From: Candidatus Omnitrophota bacterium
GTDB taxonomy: Bacteria > Omnitrophota > Gorgyraeia > Zapsychrales > Zapsychraceae
DNA length: 64,000 nucleotides
Direction: 5' to 3'
Assembly: GCA_020632515.1 (NCBI GenBank)
Contig: JACKFK010000008.1
Location: forward strand, 8,171-72,170
Numbering within the stretch: the stretch's first letter is position 1; every line of letters starts with the position of its first letter. Under the pieces are notes generated by a model. It ran no database searches. It saw only the letters and a program-made list of their open reading frames with translations, and was not told the DNA's origin. Both the position numbers and the translations under genes were made by a program. Positions 49,801-58,175 of the stretch are shown here, piece by piece.

Positions 49801-50327
49801 CGACAGTAAAACTCAAAGATTGTATGGAAGGAGAGGATATTCGTCTGGTCGGGTTAATTCAAAGCGTTAAATTAACGAATACTCGAAAAACAAATGAACG
49901 TATGGCGATTATCAAGGTTGAGGATACTGAAGGTGAAGTGGAAGTTGTTATATTTCCATCGTCTTACGGCAATCTGGCTAAATATTTGAATGAAGGGGAT
50001 GTTATCTTTATTAAGGGGAAGGTAAATTTTCGAGATGGAGAGCCAAAATTGATTGCGAATGATATGAAGCATATTCAAGATGTTTATGGCTCGATAAAAA
50101 CCATAAATGTTGATTTATCAAGGTTTGGGAAAGAAAAGTTAAATGATTTAAAGGAGAGATTATCTCATTTTCCTGGTCGGATTCCTGTTTATCTTAAGCT
50201 GGATACGAAATCTAACAAAAGTGTTCAGATTCTCGTGGGAGAAGATCTATTTGTGGCCCCTAATGAAAATTTGATGAATGAAATTAAAGATTTAGTCGGT
50301 AAAGAGCGCTTTTCGTTTACTCTTTAA
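46890..50327 (+). CDS. dnaE: DNA polymerase III alpha subunit
   Basis: PHP domain HLHVHTDYSLLDG, GPGRGSAAGS, PDIDIDF, FNRSHSAAYA, OB fold; the GTG at 46881 is also possible. Confidence 0.97.
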   Translation: MNSSDYIHLHVHTDYSLLDGACRIKNLIQKAVEYNMPAIGMTDHGNIFGAVDFYQAATKQGVKPIIGCETYVTTIGDRFDKTPRQRGTVSHLCLYAKDNDGYKNLVKLVSAGYLEGFYYHPRIDRDLLAQHSKGLLCTSACLKGEISQYLMQDNYNEALKTADDFVHIFGKDNYYLELMDHGIQLQKKVNPSIVKIAKELNIPLVATNDVHYLEGNQSHAHDTLLCIQTQTTLNDPKRMRLETDQFYFKDPLAMRKTFDWVPQALSNTLEIADKCNVVMDFDKIHLPNFNPPNGKSKNEYLRSLCQEGLRKRYNTVTKDLNDRLEHELKVIENMGFVSYFLIVWDFIHYAKKVGIPVGPGRGSAAGSLVSYLLGITDLDPIKYGLLFERFLNPDRAGMPDIDIDFCYERRGEVIDYVTRKYGISNVAQIITFGTMQARAAIRDVGRAIGVAYADVDRIAKLIPNELGITLDEALNKEPQLRELIQQDHTAKEVMETAGILEGLTRHASTHAAGVVISDKPLNEYVPLFKTSDGQITTGFTMNAIAKIGLLKMDFLGLRTLTVISEAIKIIKRTHGIDLEISKIPLDDPKTYRLLSEANSFGVFQLESAGMRELLKKTRPSEFEDIISVLALYRPGPMGSGMLDDFIKRKRGEVDIVYDHPKLEPILKETYGIIVYQEQVMKIPVALAGFSLVQADHLRRAMSKKIAAVMEQTRKDFVEGCQKHSQIDQVKANKLFDLIDYFSGYGFNRSHSAAYALISYQTAYLKANYPVEFMCALLTSEKDNTDKIVEYVKEAEHMGVEILPPDINESLKEFSVIDKKTIRFGLLAVKNVGGTAIESIVEKRKDGLYKSIFDLCERVDLRLVNRKVVESLIKCGALDCLNAARSQLMAVLEMALEIGAKTQKEKASGQFSFFDMGGQEVGFNKEHEKLPLIKEWPQTQILAFEKESLGYYVSGHPLAHYHTEIKEFTDITTVKLKDCMEGEDIRLVGLIQSVKLTNTRKTNERMAIIKVEDTEGEVEVVIFPSSYGNLAKYLNEGDVIFIKGKVNFRDGEPKLIANDMKHIQDVYGSIKTINVDLSRFGKEKLNDLKERLSHFPGRIPVYLKLDTKSNKSVQILVGEDLFVAPNENLMNEIKDLVGKERFSFTL

Positions 50328-50415
50328 GGGTTATGAAAAAATATTACGAAATTAAGGCTAAATTTTACAGTTTTTATATTCAAAAATATTGTTATTTTTC
50401 GCTACAAATAAAAGC

Positions 50416-50444
50416 TTGACACTGTAACGTCTTGTTGCTACGAT
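50416..50444 (+). promoter_or_regulatory. sigma70-type promoter for the HU gene
   Basis: TTGACA-N17-TACGAT, 65 nt before the ATG. Confidence 0.5.
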
Positions 50445-50509
50445 ACTTAGCATTAGATCCGCTAATTAATGCGGAATTGGAAAGAGCAGTCTAATAGGAG
50501 GTGATAACA

Positions 50510-50782
50510 ATGACGAAAAAAGATATTGTTTTAAAGATTACGGATATGACAGGGATAAAACAGGTTGATGTGAAAAAGATTGTACAAAAAACATTTGATG
50601 TAATTGTGGATAGTTTAGTGCATAACGAAAAAGTGGAGCTTCGTAATTTTGGCGTATTTAAAATTAAAGAGCGACGTGCGCGATTTGGCCGTAATCCTCG
50701 TACTGGTGAGAGTGTACCGGTTCCCCCACGTAAAGTTGTTATCTTTAAGCCTGGGTTAGAGATGAAGCATAAAATTAAATAA
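50510..50782 (+). CDS. HU/IHF-family DNA-binding protein
   Basis: ATG at 50510 follows AGGAGG; VELRNFGVFKIKERRARFGRNPRTGESVPVPPRKVVIFKPG beta-arm motif. Confidence 0.92.
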   Translation: MTKKDIVLKITDMTGIKQVDVKKIVQKTFDVIVDSLVHNEKVELRNFGVFKIKERRARFGRNPRTGESVPVPPRKVVIFKPGLEMKHKIK

Positions 50783-50816
50783 TTTTTGTAAATTTAAGAT
50801 TTATTTATAGTTATAG

Positions 50817-50844
50817 AAGGCGGAGAAATCATTTCTCCGCCTTT
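50817..50844 (+). terminator. hairpin after the HU gene (weak T tract)
   Basis: AAGGCGGAGAAA-TCAT-TTCTCCGCCTT; followed by TACGATT rather than a clean T-run. Confidence 0.5.
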
Positions 50845-50868
50845 ACGATTATTACACGACCAATTATC

Positions 50869-52179
50869 ATGCAAAGCAAATTTTCATGTCCTAGAGGAAC
50901 AACTGATATCACTCCTTTTGATATTTCCCGGTGGGATAATATCGAGCGTATATCGAAGCAGATTCTAACCTGTTATAATTACAAAGAGATACGTACACCA
51001 TTGTTTGAAGAGACTGAGTTATTTGCTCGGTCAATGGGACAATCCAGTGATGTTGTCTGCAAGCAAATGTTGAATTTAGCTGCGCAGCAAAAAGATGATC
51101 AAGATGGTGTGACATTAAGCGGCTTATCATTGCGTCCGGAAAATACAGCTTCAGTTGTTCGTTCCTACATTCAGAACGGTTTTGATCGGAAAGAACCTAT
51201 TTCTAAATTATTTTATATTGGTCCGATGTTTCGTGGCGAACGGCCACAAAAAGGACGGTTACGTCAATTTAACCAAATTGGTGTTGAAGTGTTGGGGCCT
51301 AATACCGCACAGCCATATTTAGATGCGGAAATCATTTCTTTGAGTGTTCATTTACTTAAATCTCTGGGGCTCGAAAAGTTTCAGTTGAAGATAAACACAT
51401 TAGGGACTCCGGAAGATAAAGAAAATTTTTCACAAATGCTCCGTCAAGCGCTCAAACCCTATCGAAAAGAATTATCAGAATATTCGCAGCAAAGGTTTGA
51501 ACGTAATGTTTTTCGCGTGTTGGATAGCAAAGATGCGGCAGATCAGGAAATTGTTAAAAAAGTCCATATAGGGTTGTCGTATTTATCCACGGAAAGTCAA
51601 CATTATTACGCTCAAGTTAAAGAAGCATTGATGAATTTGGATGTTGATTTTGTGGAAGACCAGCATTTAGTGCGCGGGTTAGATTATTACACCCATACGG
51701 TATTTGAGATTTGCGGTTCTTCTTTAGGCAGTCAAGACGCGCTTGGTGCCGGCGGACGTTATAATAATTTAGTTCGACAATTAGGCGGCGGCGATATTGA
51801 TGCTATGGGCTTTGCGCTGGGGGTGGAACGAATTTTACTGGCGTTAGGGGATAAAAAAGTGCCGTTATCAAATCCATTGGCGGCGTATATTGTTCCGATG
51901 AGTGAAGAAGCCTTAAATCAGGGATTTGTTTTAATGAACGTTTTACGTCAGGAAAACATTTCCTGTGATTTATCGTATAAATATTCCGCGAAACTAAAGA
52001 ATGTATTAAGCAATGCGAATAAAATGGATGTGCACACAGTGATCCTTTTGGGAGAAGAAGAAATGAAAAAACATTGTGTCACGCTAAAAGATATGCAGCA
52101 AAAGAAAGAAGAGACGATTTCGATTAAAGGAAATGACTTTAGCAAGATTATCAATATTTTAAAAGAAAGGTATAATTAA
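50869..52179 (+). CDS. hisS: histidine--tRNA ligase
   Basis: PRGTTDI, LRPENTASVVR, FRGERPQKGRLRQFNQ, GAGGRYNNL, anticodon-binding C-domain. Confidence 0.96.
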   Translation: MQSKFSCPRGTTDITPFDISRWDNIERISKQILTCYNYKEIRTPLFEETELFARSMGQSSDVVCKQMLNLAAQQKDDQDGVTLSGLSLRPENTASVVRSYIQNGFDRKEPISKLFYIGPMFRGERPQKGRLRQFNQIGVEVLGPNTAQPYLDAEIISLSVHLLKSLGLEKFQLKINTLGTPEDKENFSQMLRQALKPYRKELSEYSQQRFERNVFRVLDSKDAADQEIVKKVHIGLSYLSTESQHYYAQVKEALMNLDVDFVEDQHLVRGLDYYTHTVFEICGSSLGSQDALGAGGRYNNLVRQLGGGDIDAMGFALGVERILLALGDKKVPLSNPLAAYIVPMSEEALNQGFVLMNVLRQENISCDLSYKYSAKLKNVLSNANKMDVHTVILLGEEEMKKHCVTLKDMQQKKEETISIKGNDFSKIINILKERYN

Positions 52180-52182
52180 GCA

Positions 52183-53580
52183 ATGTTACGTTCGCACACC
52201 TGTGGAGATTTAAGAAAAGAACACGGCAATCAAGAAGTTGCTTTGTGCGGTTGGGTTGCGGCCCGCCGGGATCATGGAAAATTAATTTTTATCGATATCC
52301 GCGACCGTTACGGGATTACACAGGTTGTGTTTGTTCCATCGGTTAGCAAAGAGGCTCATCAGACAGCTGAAAAGCTTGGTCCTGAATTTGTAATTCGCGT
52401 TAAAGGGAAAGTTGCGGTACGTCCTCCCAAAATGGTTAATCCTGATGTTCCGACCGGAGAGGTTGAAGTTTGTGCTGAACACCTGGAAATTATTAATGAA
52501 GCGAAAGTTCCTGTTTTTGAGATTGATGACACTGTGGATGTTTCTGAAGAGCATCGTTTGACCTATCGTTATTTAGATATCCGTCGGTCTAAAGTTTTAG
52601 AAGCGTTAAAGACCCGGCATAAAATATGTTCAATCATTCACAAGTATATGAATGAACAGCAGTTTCTTGAGGTAGAGACGCCTGTCCTTACAAAGTCTAC
52701 ACCCGAAGGGGCGCGGGATTTTTTAGTGCCGGCACGATTGAATCCAGGGAAATTTTTTGCTCTGCCGCAGTCGCCGCAATTATTTAAACAGATTTTAATG
52801 GTATCAGGATTAGACCGTTATTATCAAATTGTGAAATGTTTCCGTGATGAAGATTTGCGTTCCGACCGCCAGCCGGAGTTTACGCAGTTGGATATGGAAA
52901 TGTCGTTTGTCAGCGAAGAAGATATTTTTACTATAACCGAGGGTTTGTTTAAAGAAATTTTTAAACAAGTTAAAGGTATTGATATTCCAACGCCGTTTCC
53001 ACGGATGACACATCAGCAGGCCATGGCTGAATATAAAAGTGATAAACCGGATTTGCGTAAGGAAGGTGAAGAATTCGCTTTTACATGGATTATTGATTTT
53101 CCGATGTTTAAATATAACGACGAAGAAAAGCGGTGGGAAAGCGAACACCATCCTTTTACTTCTTTAAAAGAAGAAGATTTAAAGTACATAGATTCAAAAG
53201 AATTTGGTAAAATAAGAGCTCGTTCATATGATTTGGTGCTTAATGGAAGTGAGTTAGGCAGCGGTTCTGTACGTATACATAAAAAGGATATACAAAAACA
53301 AATTTTTGATATAATAGGTTTCGATGAAAAGGAAGCTACGGAGCGTTTTGGATTTTTATTACGCGCGTTTGAATATGGAGCGCCGATTCATGCCGGAGCC
53401 GCTTACGGGGTTGATCGATTGGTTGCGATTCTTTGTGGATTAGATTCCATCCGTGATACAATTGCTTTCCCCAAAACACAAAAAGGGAGTTGTCTATTAA
53501 CAGATGCTCCATCAAGTGTGGATGATAAACAATTACAAGATCTTGGTCTTATGAAATTATCACTTGAGGAAGATCAGTAA
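52183..53580 (+). CDS. aspS: aspartate--tRNA ligase, bacterial type but lacking the GAD insertion domain
   Basis: RSHTCGDLR, FIDIRDRYGITQVV, QSPQLFKQ, FRDEDLRSDRQPEFTQLD, then SDKPDLRKEGEEFAFTWIIDFPMF joins motif-2 side directly to the post-GAD segment; 465 aa. Confidence 0.9.
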   Translation: MLRSHTCGDLRKEHGNQEVALCGWVAARRDHGKLIFIDIRDRYGITQVVFVPSVSKEAHQTAEKLGPEFVIRVKGKVAVRPPKMVNPDVPTGEVEVCAEHLEIINEAKVPVFEIDDTVDVSEEHRLTYRYLDIRRSKVLEALKTRHKICSIIHKYMNEQQFLEVETPVLTKSTPEGARDFLVPARLNPGKFFALPQSPQLFKQILMVSGLDRYYQIVKCFRDEDLRSDRQPEFTQLDMEMSFVSEEDIFTITEGLFKEIFKQVKGIDIPTPFPRMTHQQAMAEYKSDKPDLRKEGEEFAFTWIIDFPMFKYNDEEKRWESEHHPFTSLKEEDLKYIDSKEFGKIRARSYDLVLNGSELGSGSVRIHKKDIQKQIFDIIGFDEKEATERFGFLLRAFEYGAPIHAGAAYGVDRLVAILCGLDSIRDTIAFPKTQKGSCLLTDAPSSVDDKQLQDLGLMKLSLEEDQ

Positions 53581-53593
53581 AAAGGAGTCCATT

Positions 53594-54184
53594 ATGCCAA
53601 AAATTTTTATTAGAAATGTTTTCTTTTTATTGTTGGCAATTATGGTCAGTGGTTGTCAATCAACAAAAGATATTCGATTGCGTGGATATATTCAGGAAAA
53701 AGAACGCGTTGATAGAGAGACGCAGGGGACATTAGGAAATTGGCAAAGTTCTCCCGAAACGACCCCCAGTAATATCAAGGACACGCGGCGGATATATGTG
53801 GTGGAGTTTACCAAAGAACCGCCCCAAATGCCGGATTCGGTTTTTCAAATTGATGAAACCGATTTTAAACCGCAGCCGCGGACAAATGAAGAGCCGCTAC
53901 GACAGTCTAGAAAACAGCCGCCGCCAGCGCCTAAAATTGTTATCCCTAAATTCGAAGATGAACCATTGCCACCGTCGGCTGCTGTTGAAAAAAAAGCGGC
54001 TGTAAAAGCACCGACTTCTTATGTTGAATATGTGGTTCAAAAGAGTGATACGCTGCAGAAAATTGCAAAGAAATATTATAATTCTTACAGTAAATGGACA
54101 AAGATTTATGAAGCTAATAAAGACGTGATTTCAAATCCGGATAAAATTACCCCTGGTATTACGATTAAAATACCGGCGGAATAG
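53594..54184 (+). CDS. LysM-domain lipoprotein
   Basis: ATG after AAGGAG; lipobox MVSGC; Pro-rich linker; C-terminal LysM YVVQKSDTLQKIAKKYY...ITPGITIKIP. Confidence 0.8.
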   Translation: MPKIFIRNVFFLLLAIMVSGCQSTKDIRLRGYIQEKERVDRETQGTLGNWQSSPETTPSNIKDTRRIYVVEFTKEPPQMPDSVFQIDETDFKPQPRTNEEPLRQSRKQPPPAPKIVIPKFEDEPLPPSAAVEKKAAVKAPTSYVEYVVQKSDTLQKIAKKYYNSYSKWTKIYEANKDVISNPDKITPGITIKIPAE

Positions 54185-54195
54185 AAATGGTAAAC

Positions 54196-54251
54196 GGTCA
54201 GCGTTAACATAAAAGTAGTTTTTATTTAAAAAATGTTAGCGCTGACCTTTT
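54196..54251 (+). terminator. long hairpin terminator
   Basis: GGTCAGCGTTAACAT ... ATGTTAGCGCTGACC (15 bp, 1 mismatch) followed by TTTT. Confidence 0.65.
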
Positions 54252-54257
54252 CATATT

Positions 54258-55202
54258 ATGGATCGATCAATTTATTTTAATACTAACGAAGATTTGCAGA
54301 TTATTTTCGGTAAGTTTGACCAAAACATCCGCTTGATAGAGAAAGAGCTTGCTGTTAAGGTTTCTCGTCAGGAAAAAGGTGTTCAGATTTCCGGGCGTCG
54401 TCGGCAGGTTGAAAAAGCGTATGAGTTATTTGAATATCTTAAGAGTATCGCGGAAAGCGGTAATGATATTAAAGAGCGAGATATCCGGTATTCATTAAAA
54501 TTAGTTCAACCGGATGATGGCGGAGATTTTAAGAGAATGGCGAAAGAAAAGATTGAAGTTCCTTTAAAGGGAACATTAATTTCACCGAAGACTAAAGGGC
54601 AAATTGAGTATGTAGAAGCCATTAAAAAGAATGATATTGTTTTTGGGATCGGTCCTGCTGGAACAGGAAAAACTTATTTAGCTATGGCCATGGCCGTCAA
54701 CGCTTTTAAAAAAGGCTTGGTGCGTCGGATTATTCTCACCCGTCCTGCTATCGAAGCAGGCGAGAGTCTGGGCTTTTTGCCGGGTGATATGGTCGAGAAA
54801 GTTTCTCCTTATTTGCGACCGCTTTATGATGCGCTTTACGATATGATGGCGGCCGGCAAAGTGGAAGATTTTACGGATCAAGGAGTCATTGAAGTGGCCC
54901 CGTTGGCGTTTATGCGCGGCCGTACGCTTAATGACGCGTTTGTTATTCTTGATGAAGCGCAGAACTGCACACCGTTTCAAATGAAAATGTTTCTTACGCG
55001 TTTAGGTTTTGATTCCAAGGCTGTCATCACCGGAGATTTAACGCAAAGCGATTTACCAAAAGGAAAAAATAATGGATTGGCGCACGCGGTTAAGATCCTT
55101 GAGAATATTAATGAGATTCAGTTCGTTTACTTGACGGCTGACGATGTGGTCCGTCATGAACTTGTTCAAAGGATAATAGAGGCTTATGAACGTGAAAAAT
55201 AG
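54258..55202 (+). CDS. phoH: PhoH-family ATPase
   Basis: KH-like N-domain, Walker A GPAGTGKTY, ILDEAQN, ITGDLTQSDLP. Confidence 0.93.
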   Translation: MDRSIYFNTNEDLQIIFGKFDQNIRLIEKELAVKVSRQEKGVQISGRRRQVEKAYELFEYLKSIAESGNDIKERDIRYSLKLVQPDDGGDFKRMAKEKIEVPLKGTLISPKTKGQIEYVEAIKKNDIVFGIGPAGTGKTYLAMAMAVNAFKKGLVRRIILTRPAIEAGESLGFLPGDMVEKVSPYLRPLYDALYDMMAAGKVEDFTDQGVIEVAPLAFMRGRTLNDAFVILDEAQNCTPFQMKMFLTRLGFDSKAVITGDLTQSDLPKGKNNGLAHAVKILENINEIQFVYLTADDVVRHELVQRIIEAYEREK

Positions 55203-56709
55203 TCAATTAAGCAATACACAGAAAACTATTCTGAATTTTGGCAGTATTGTTTTGTTTATCATCATAATGACGCTGTTTTGCAAGTCGATGGGCTATTCGC
55301 TGATTATTCCATTATTTATCTTTTTCTTGGGTGTGCATCTGCATTTTCTAGGCAAAAAAACAAAAAACTTTCTTCATATCGGATTGCTATTAGCTATTAT
55401 CATTTTTATCGCGCATATTATTGACCAATACACGACTTTACCCTTAAATTATATCCCGGTTGCCGCGATTTCTATTTTGACGATGCTGTTATTTAATAAT
55501 TTGAATTTAATGTTTCTCGTCGCGTTTTCCAGTAGTGTTTTGGTTAGTCTGGTTTTAGGCGGAACATTTGGAATGATGCTGACGTTTTTCCTAGGAAGTT
55601 TGATTGGGGCCTACGCGGTGCGTGAGGCAAGAACGCGAGGGCAATTGTTCAGCGCTGGGCTTTTTTCCAGTCTGATTCAAGTAACGTGTTTGTTGCTGCT
55701 AAATCCGCAGACCAGTTTAATGATGAGCTGGGATTTTGCCATCAAACAATTGGTGCCTTTAGCTGCTAACGGACTAATTTCCGCGTTGGTGGTCTCGGCG
55801 ACATTAAAACCTTTTGAATCCTTGTTCGGGGTATTAACGAATTACAGTTTGCTGGAGTTATCTGATTTTAATCAACCGCTATTAAAACGGATGATTTTGG
55901 AAGCGCCGGGCACGTATCATCATAGTTTGGTTGTCAGTAATTTATCTGAAGCTGCGGCAGATGCGATTGGCGCCAACGCCTTGTTAACACGGGTCGGGGC
56001 TTATTATCATGATGTCGGTAAAATGGTGAAGCCGGAATATTTTACCGAGAATCAGATGATGGGCGGCAATAAGCATGATAATATTGAACCATCCGTAAGT
56101 CGGTTGGTGATTTTAAATCATGTTAAAGAAGGTGTGGAGATCGCCAAAAAATACAAATTAAATCCTAAAATTATTGAATTTATCCCGCAACATCACGGGA
56201 CGAGTTTAATGTATTATTTTTATCAAAAAGCCTTGGAAGATGCGGAAGATGGTGAAACAGTGAAAGAGGAAGATTTCCGTTATCCCGGTCCAAAACCGCA
56301 AAAAAGGGAAACCGCAATTACATTATTGGCGGATTCAGTGGAAGGCGCTACACGGGCGTTAGATGACCCAAGCCCGAATCGTATTGAAGAAACGGTTAAG
56401 AAGATTATCAATAACAAATTTATCGACGGTCAATTAGATGAGTGTGATTTGACGCTGGCAGACATTGAAAAGATTTCAGCCACGTTTATCCGCATCTTAA
56501 GCGCGATGTATCATAATCGTATCAAGTATCCTGAAAAGAAGAATACGACAACTAAAATCGCGAAGAATCAGAATAGCGCAGACTCGACTAAAGCTAATAA
56601 AGAGAAGGAAATGCCCCGGGATGGAAATCGAAATTCAAAATCAGCAGAAAAAGATAAAGATCAGTCCGCAGAGAATTCTTCGGATAATCAAAAAGATTCT
56701 TCAACATGA
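55186..56709 (+). CDS. membrane HD-domain protein (PgpH/YqfF-like, 7TM-HD)
   Basis: Seven predicted TM helices then GTYHHSLVVSNL...YYHDVGK...PQHHGT HD(IG) motifs; low-complexity tail. Confidence 0.85.
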   Translation: MNVKNSQLSNTQKTILNFGSIVLFIIIMTLFCKSMGYSLIIPLFIFFLGVHLHFLGKKTKNFLHIGLLLAIIIFIAHIIDQYTTLPLNYIPVAAISILTMLLFNNLNLMFLVAFSSSVLVSLVLGGTFGMMLTFFLGSLIGAYAVREARTRGQLFSAGLFSSLIQVTCLLLLNPQTSLMMSWDFAIKQLVPLAANGLISALVVSATLKPFESLFGVLTNYSLLELSDFNQPLLKRMILEAPGTYHHSLVVSNLSEAAADAIGANALLTRVGAYYHDVGKMVKPEYFTENQMMGGNKHDNIEPSVSRLVILNHVKEGVEIAKKYKLNPKIIEFIPQHHGTSLMYYFYQKALEDAEDGETVKEEDFRYPGPKPQKRETAITLLADSVEGATRALDDPSPNRIEETVKKIINNKFIDGQLDECDLTLADIEKISATFIRILSAMYHNRIKYPEKKNTTTKIAKNQNSADSTKANKEKEMPRDGNRNSKSAEKDKDQSAENSSDNQKDSST

Positions 56710-57049
56710 AAAAGTTGCGCAGGCAACTCTTACCATTATTTTTGTCTCTCATCAGAAAATCAGGGCTTTAAATAAAAAATATCTTCATAAAGATTATGCT
56801 ACTGATGTGTTGGCGTTTGATTTACGCGACGACCATAAGAAGCGGCGGACAATCTTAGGTGATATTGCCATCTCTGTGGATGCGGCGGTCAAAAACGCGC
56901 GCGTGTTTCAGTCTACCGTCGATAGAGAGATAGTGTTGTATGTTGTCCATGGTATTTTGCATTTATTGGGTTATGATGATCACAGCCTTGCAGATATAAA
57001 GCGCATGCGACGCAAAGAGCAGGAGTTAATGGAGAAATTCAGAAAATAG
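56621..57049 (+). CDS. ybeY: endoribonuclease YbeY
   Basis: HGILHLLGYDDH zinc motif; N-terminus MEIEIQNQ typical; conserved phoH-pgpH-ybeY order. Confidence 0.93.
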   Translation: MEIEIQNQQKKIKISPQRILRIIKKILQHEKVAQATLTIIFVSHQKIRALNKKYLHKDYATDVLAFDLRDDHKKRRTILGDIAISVDAAVKNARVFQSTVDREIVLYVVHGILHLLGYDDHSLADIKRMRRKEQELMEKFRK

Positions 57050-57129
57050 TGTCTCGTGTCTTGGGGGAGCGTGCCTCATAAGTTGTTTGAGTTACGAGTC
57101 ACAAGTCACGAGCGACGAATACGACACTC
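57050..57129 (+). repeat. intergenic repeat, copy A (fills the whole ybeY-recO spacer)
   Basis: About 70-75% identical by hand alignment to 62816-62893, shared core TTAC(A)GAGTCACAAG..ACGAG...ACACT-ATG. Confidence 0.65.
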
Positions 57130-57891
57130 ATGATCCCTAAAACCGAAGCTATTGTTTTAAAATCGTTTGATTATCGTGAAACCAGCCGGATTGTGACATT
57201 CTTTACCAAAGATTACGGTAAAATTTCCGGAATCTTAAAAGGGATCCGTAAAGATCCGAAGAAATTCGGCAGCAGCGTGGACCGCTTTTCTATTAACGAT
57301 TTAGTTTATTATCATTATCGTAAATCCGATCTGCATTTAGTCAGTCACTGCGATTTAAAGCAGTATTACTTTCCAATCCGTCAGGATTATAAAAAAAATC
57401 TCGCGGCAAATTATGTCTTGGAATTAGTTGATACTATCATGCATCCGGAAGACGTAAACAAAAAAGTGTATCAGCTGATACTGGATTATTTAGATTCTTT
57501 GCAAACCGTGGATGATATTAGCAAACTGGTGCATATGTTTCAGATTAAGATTCTGGTGAATTCCGGATTCCGGCCGCACATTGATACCTGTGTTCTTTGC
57601 CGCAAACGGGTGAAAGGCCGGGTGCGTTTTAGTATGCGTTTAGGTGGGTTGGTGTGTCCGGATTGCCCGACTAGAGAAACGAGTTTTACCGTTATTTCGC
57701 AAGGCACGATTGCTTCCATGATTCATATCGAAGAAAGAGAATGGAATCAGGCGTTGCGTTTGGGTTTAACCACTAATGCGCGCAAGGAACTAAAGTTTAT
57801 CCTCAATAACTTTCTTATTTACCACCTGGAGAAAAAAATTAAAGCCCAACGCTTCATGGATGAATCGGAGATTTATGGGAGTAAGTATTGA
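57130..57891 (+). CDS. recO: DNA repair protein RecO
   Basis: TEAIVLKSFDYRETSRIVTFFTKDYGKI OB-fold N-terminus, zinc motif CVLCRK...CPDC. Confidence 0.92.
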   Translation: MIPKTEAIVLKSFDYRETSRIVTFFTKDYGKISGILKGIRKDPKKFGSSVDRFSINDLVYYHYRKSDLHLVSHCDLKQYYFPIRQDYKKNLAANYVLELVDTIMHPEDVNKKVYQLILDYLDSLQTVDDISKLVHMFQIKILVNSGFRPHIDTCVLCRKRVKGRVRFSMRLGGLVCPDCPTRETSFTVISQGTIASMIHIEEREWNQALRLGLTTNARKELKFILNNFLIYHLEKKIKAQRFMDESEIYGSKY

Positions 57892-57960
57892 GATTTAAGT
57901 TGAGTAAATCTGAGTTTAAGAAGTTAAGGAAAAAATTCTATATTTGTTTTAGAGAAGACA

Positions 57961-58050
57961 GAAGGGGAAAGTCACTATCGGGCGAGGTATTATGATCCTA
58001 TAATTGGCAGATTCCTACAAGAAGATCCTATCCAGTTTTTAGGAGAATGA
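57961..58050 (+). pseudogene. Rhs-family core C-terminal fragment
   Basis: Translates to EGESHYRARYYDPIIGRFLQEDPIQFLGE*, the RYYDPxxGRFxxxDP motif that ends Rhs cores; no start codon, no upstream YD repeats. Confidence 0.75.
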
Positions 58051-58100
58051 ATACAGTTTAGAATGAATAATAACTAGGGACGGACCCTAGTTTCGAATAT

Positions 58101-58129
58101 TTGACAGCAGAAGGCAAGTAATATATATT
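58101..58129 (+). promoter_or_regulatory. sigma70-type promoter inside the element
   Basis: TTGACA-N17-TATATT, 47 nt before the transposase ATG. Confidence 0.5.
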
Positions 58130-58175
58130 ACAAAATATCATCCCCCACAAATTAACAATGGAAGGGGGATTTTTT

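Noticed and set aside
53700-57900. Impression that the second half of the window is more GC-rich than the first (possible large compositional domain)
   Set aside because: Hand counts of sample lines show large local variation everywhere (for example dnaE lines at about 50% and secY lines at about 25%). Only the 57.9-59.8 kb island stands out clearly, and the rest needs a computed GC plot.
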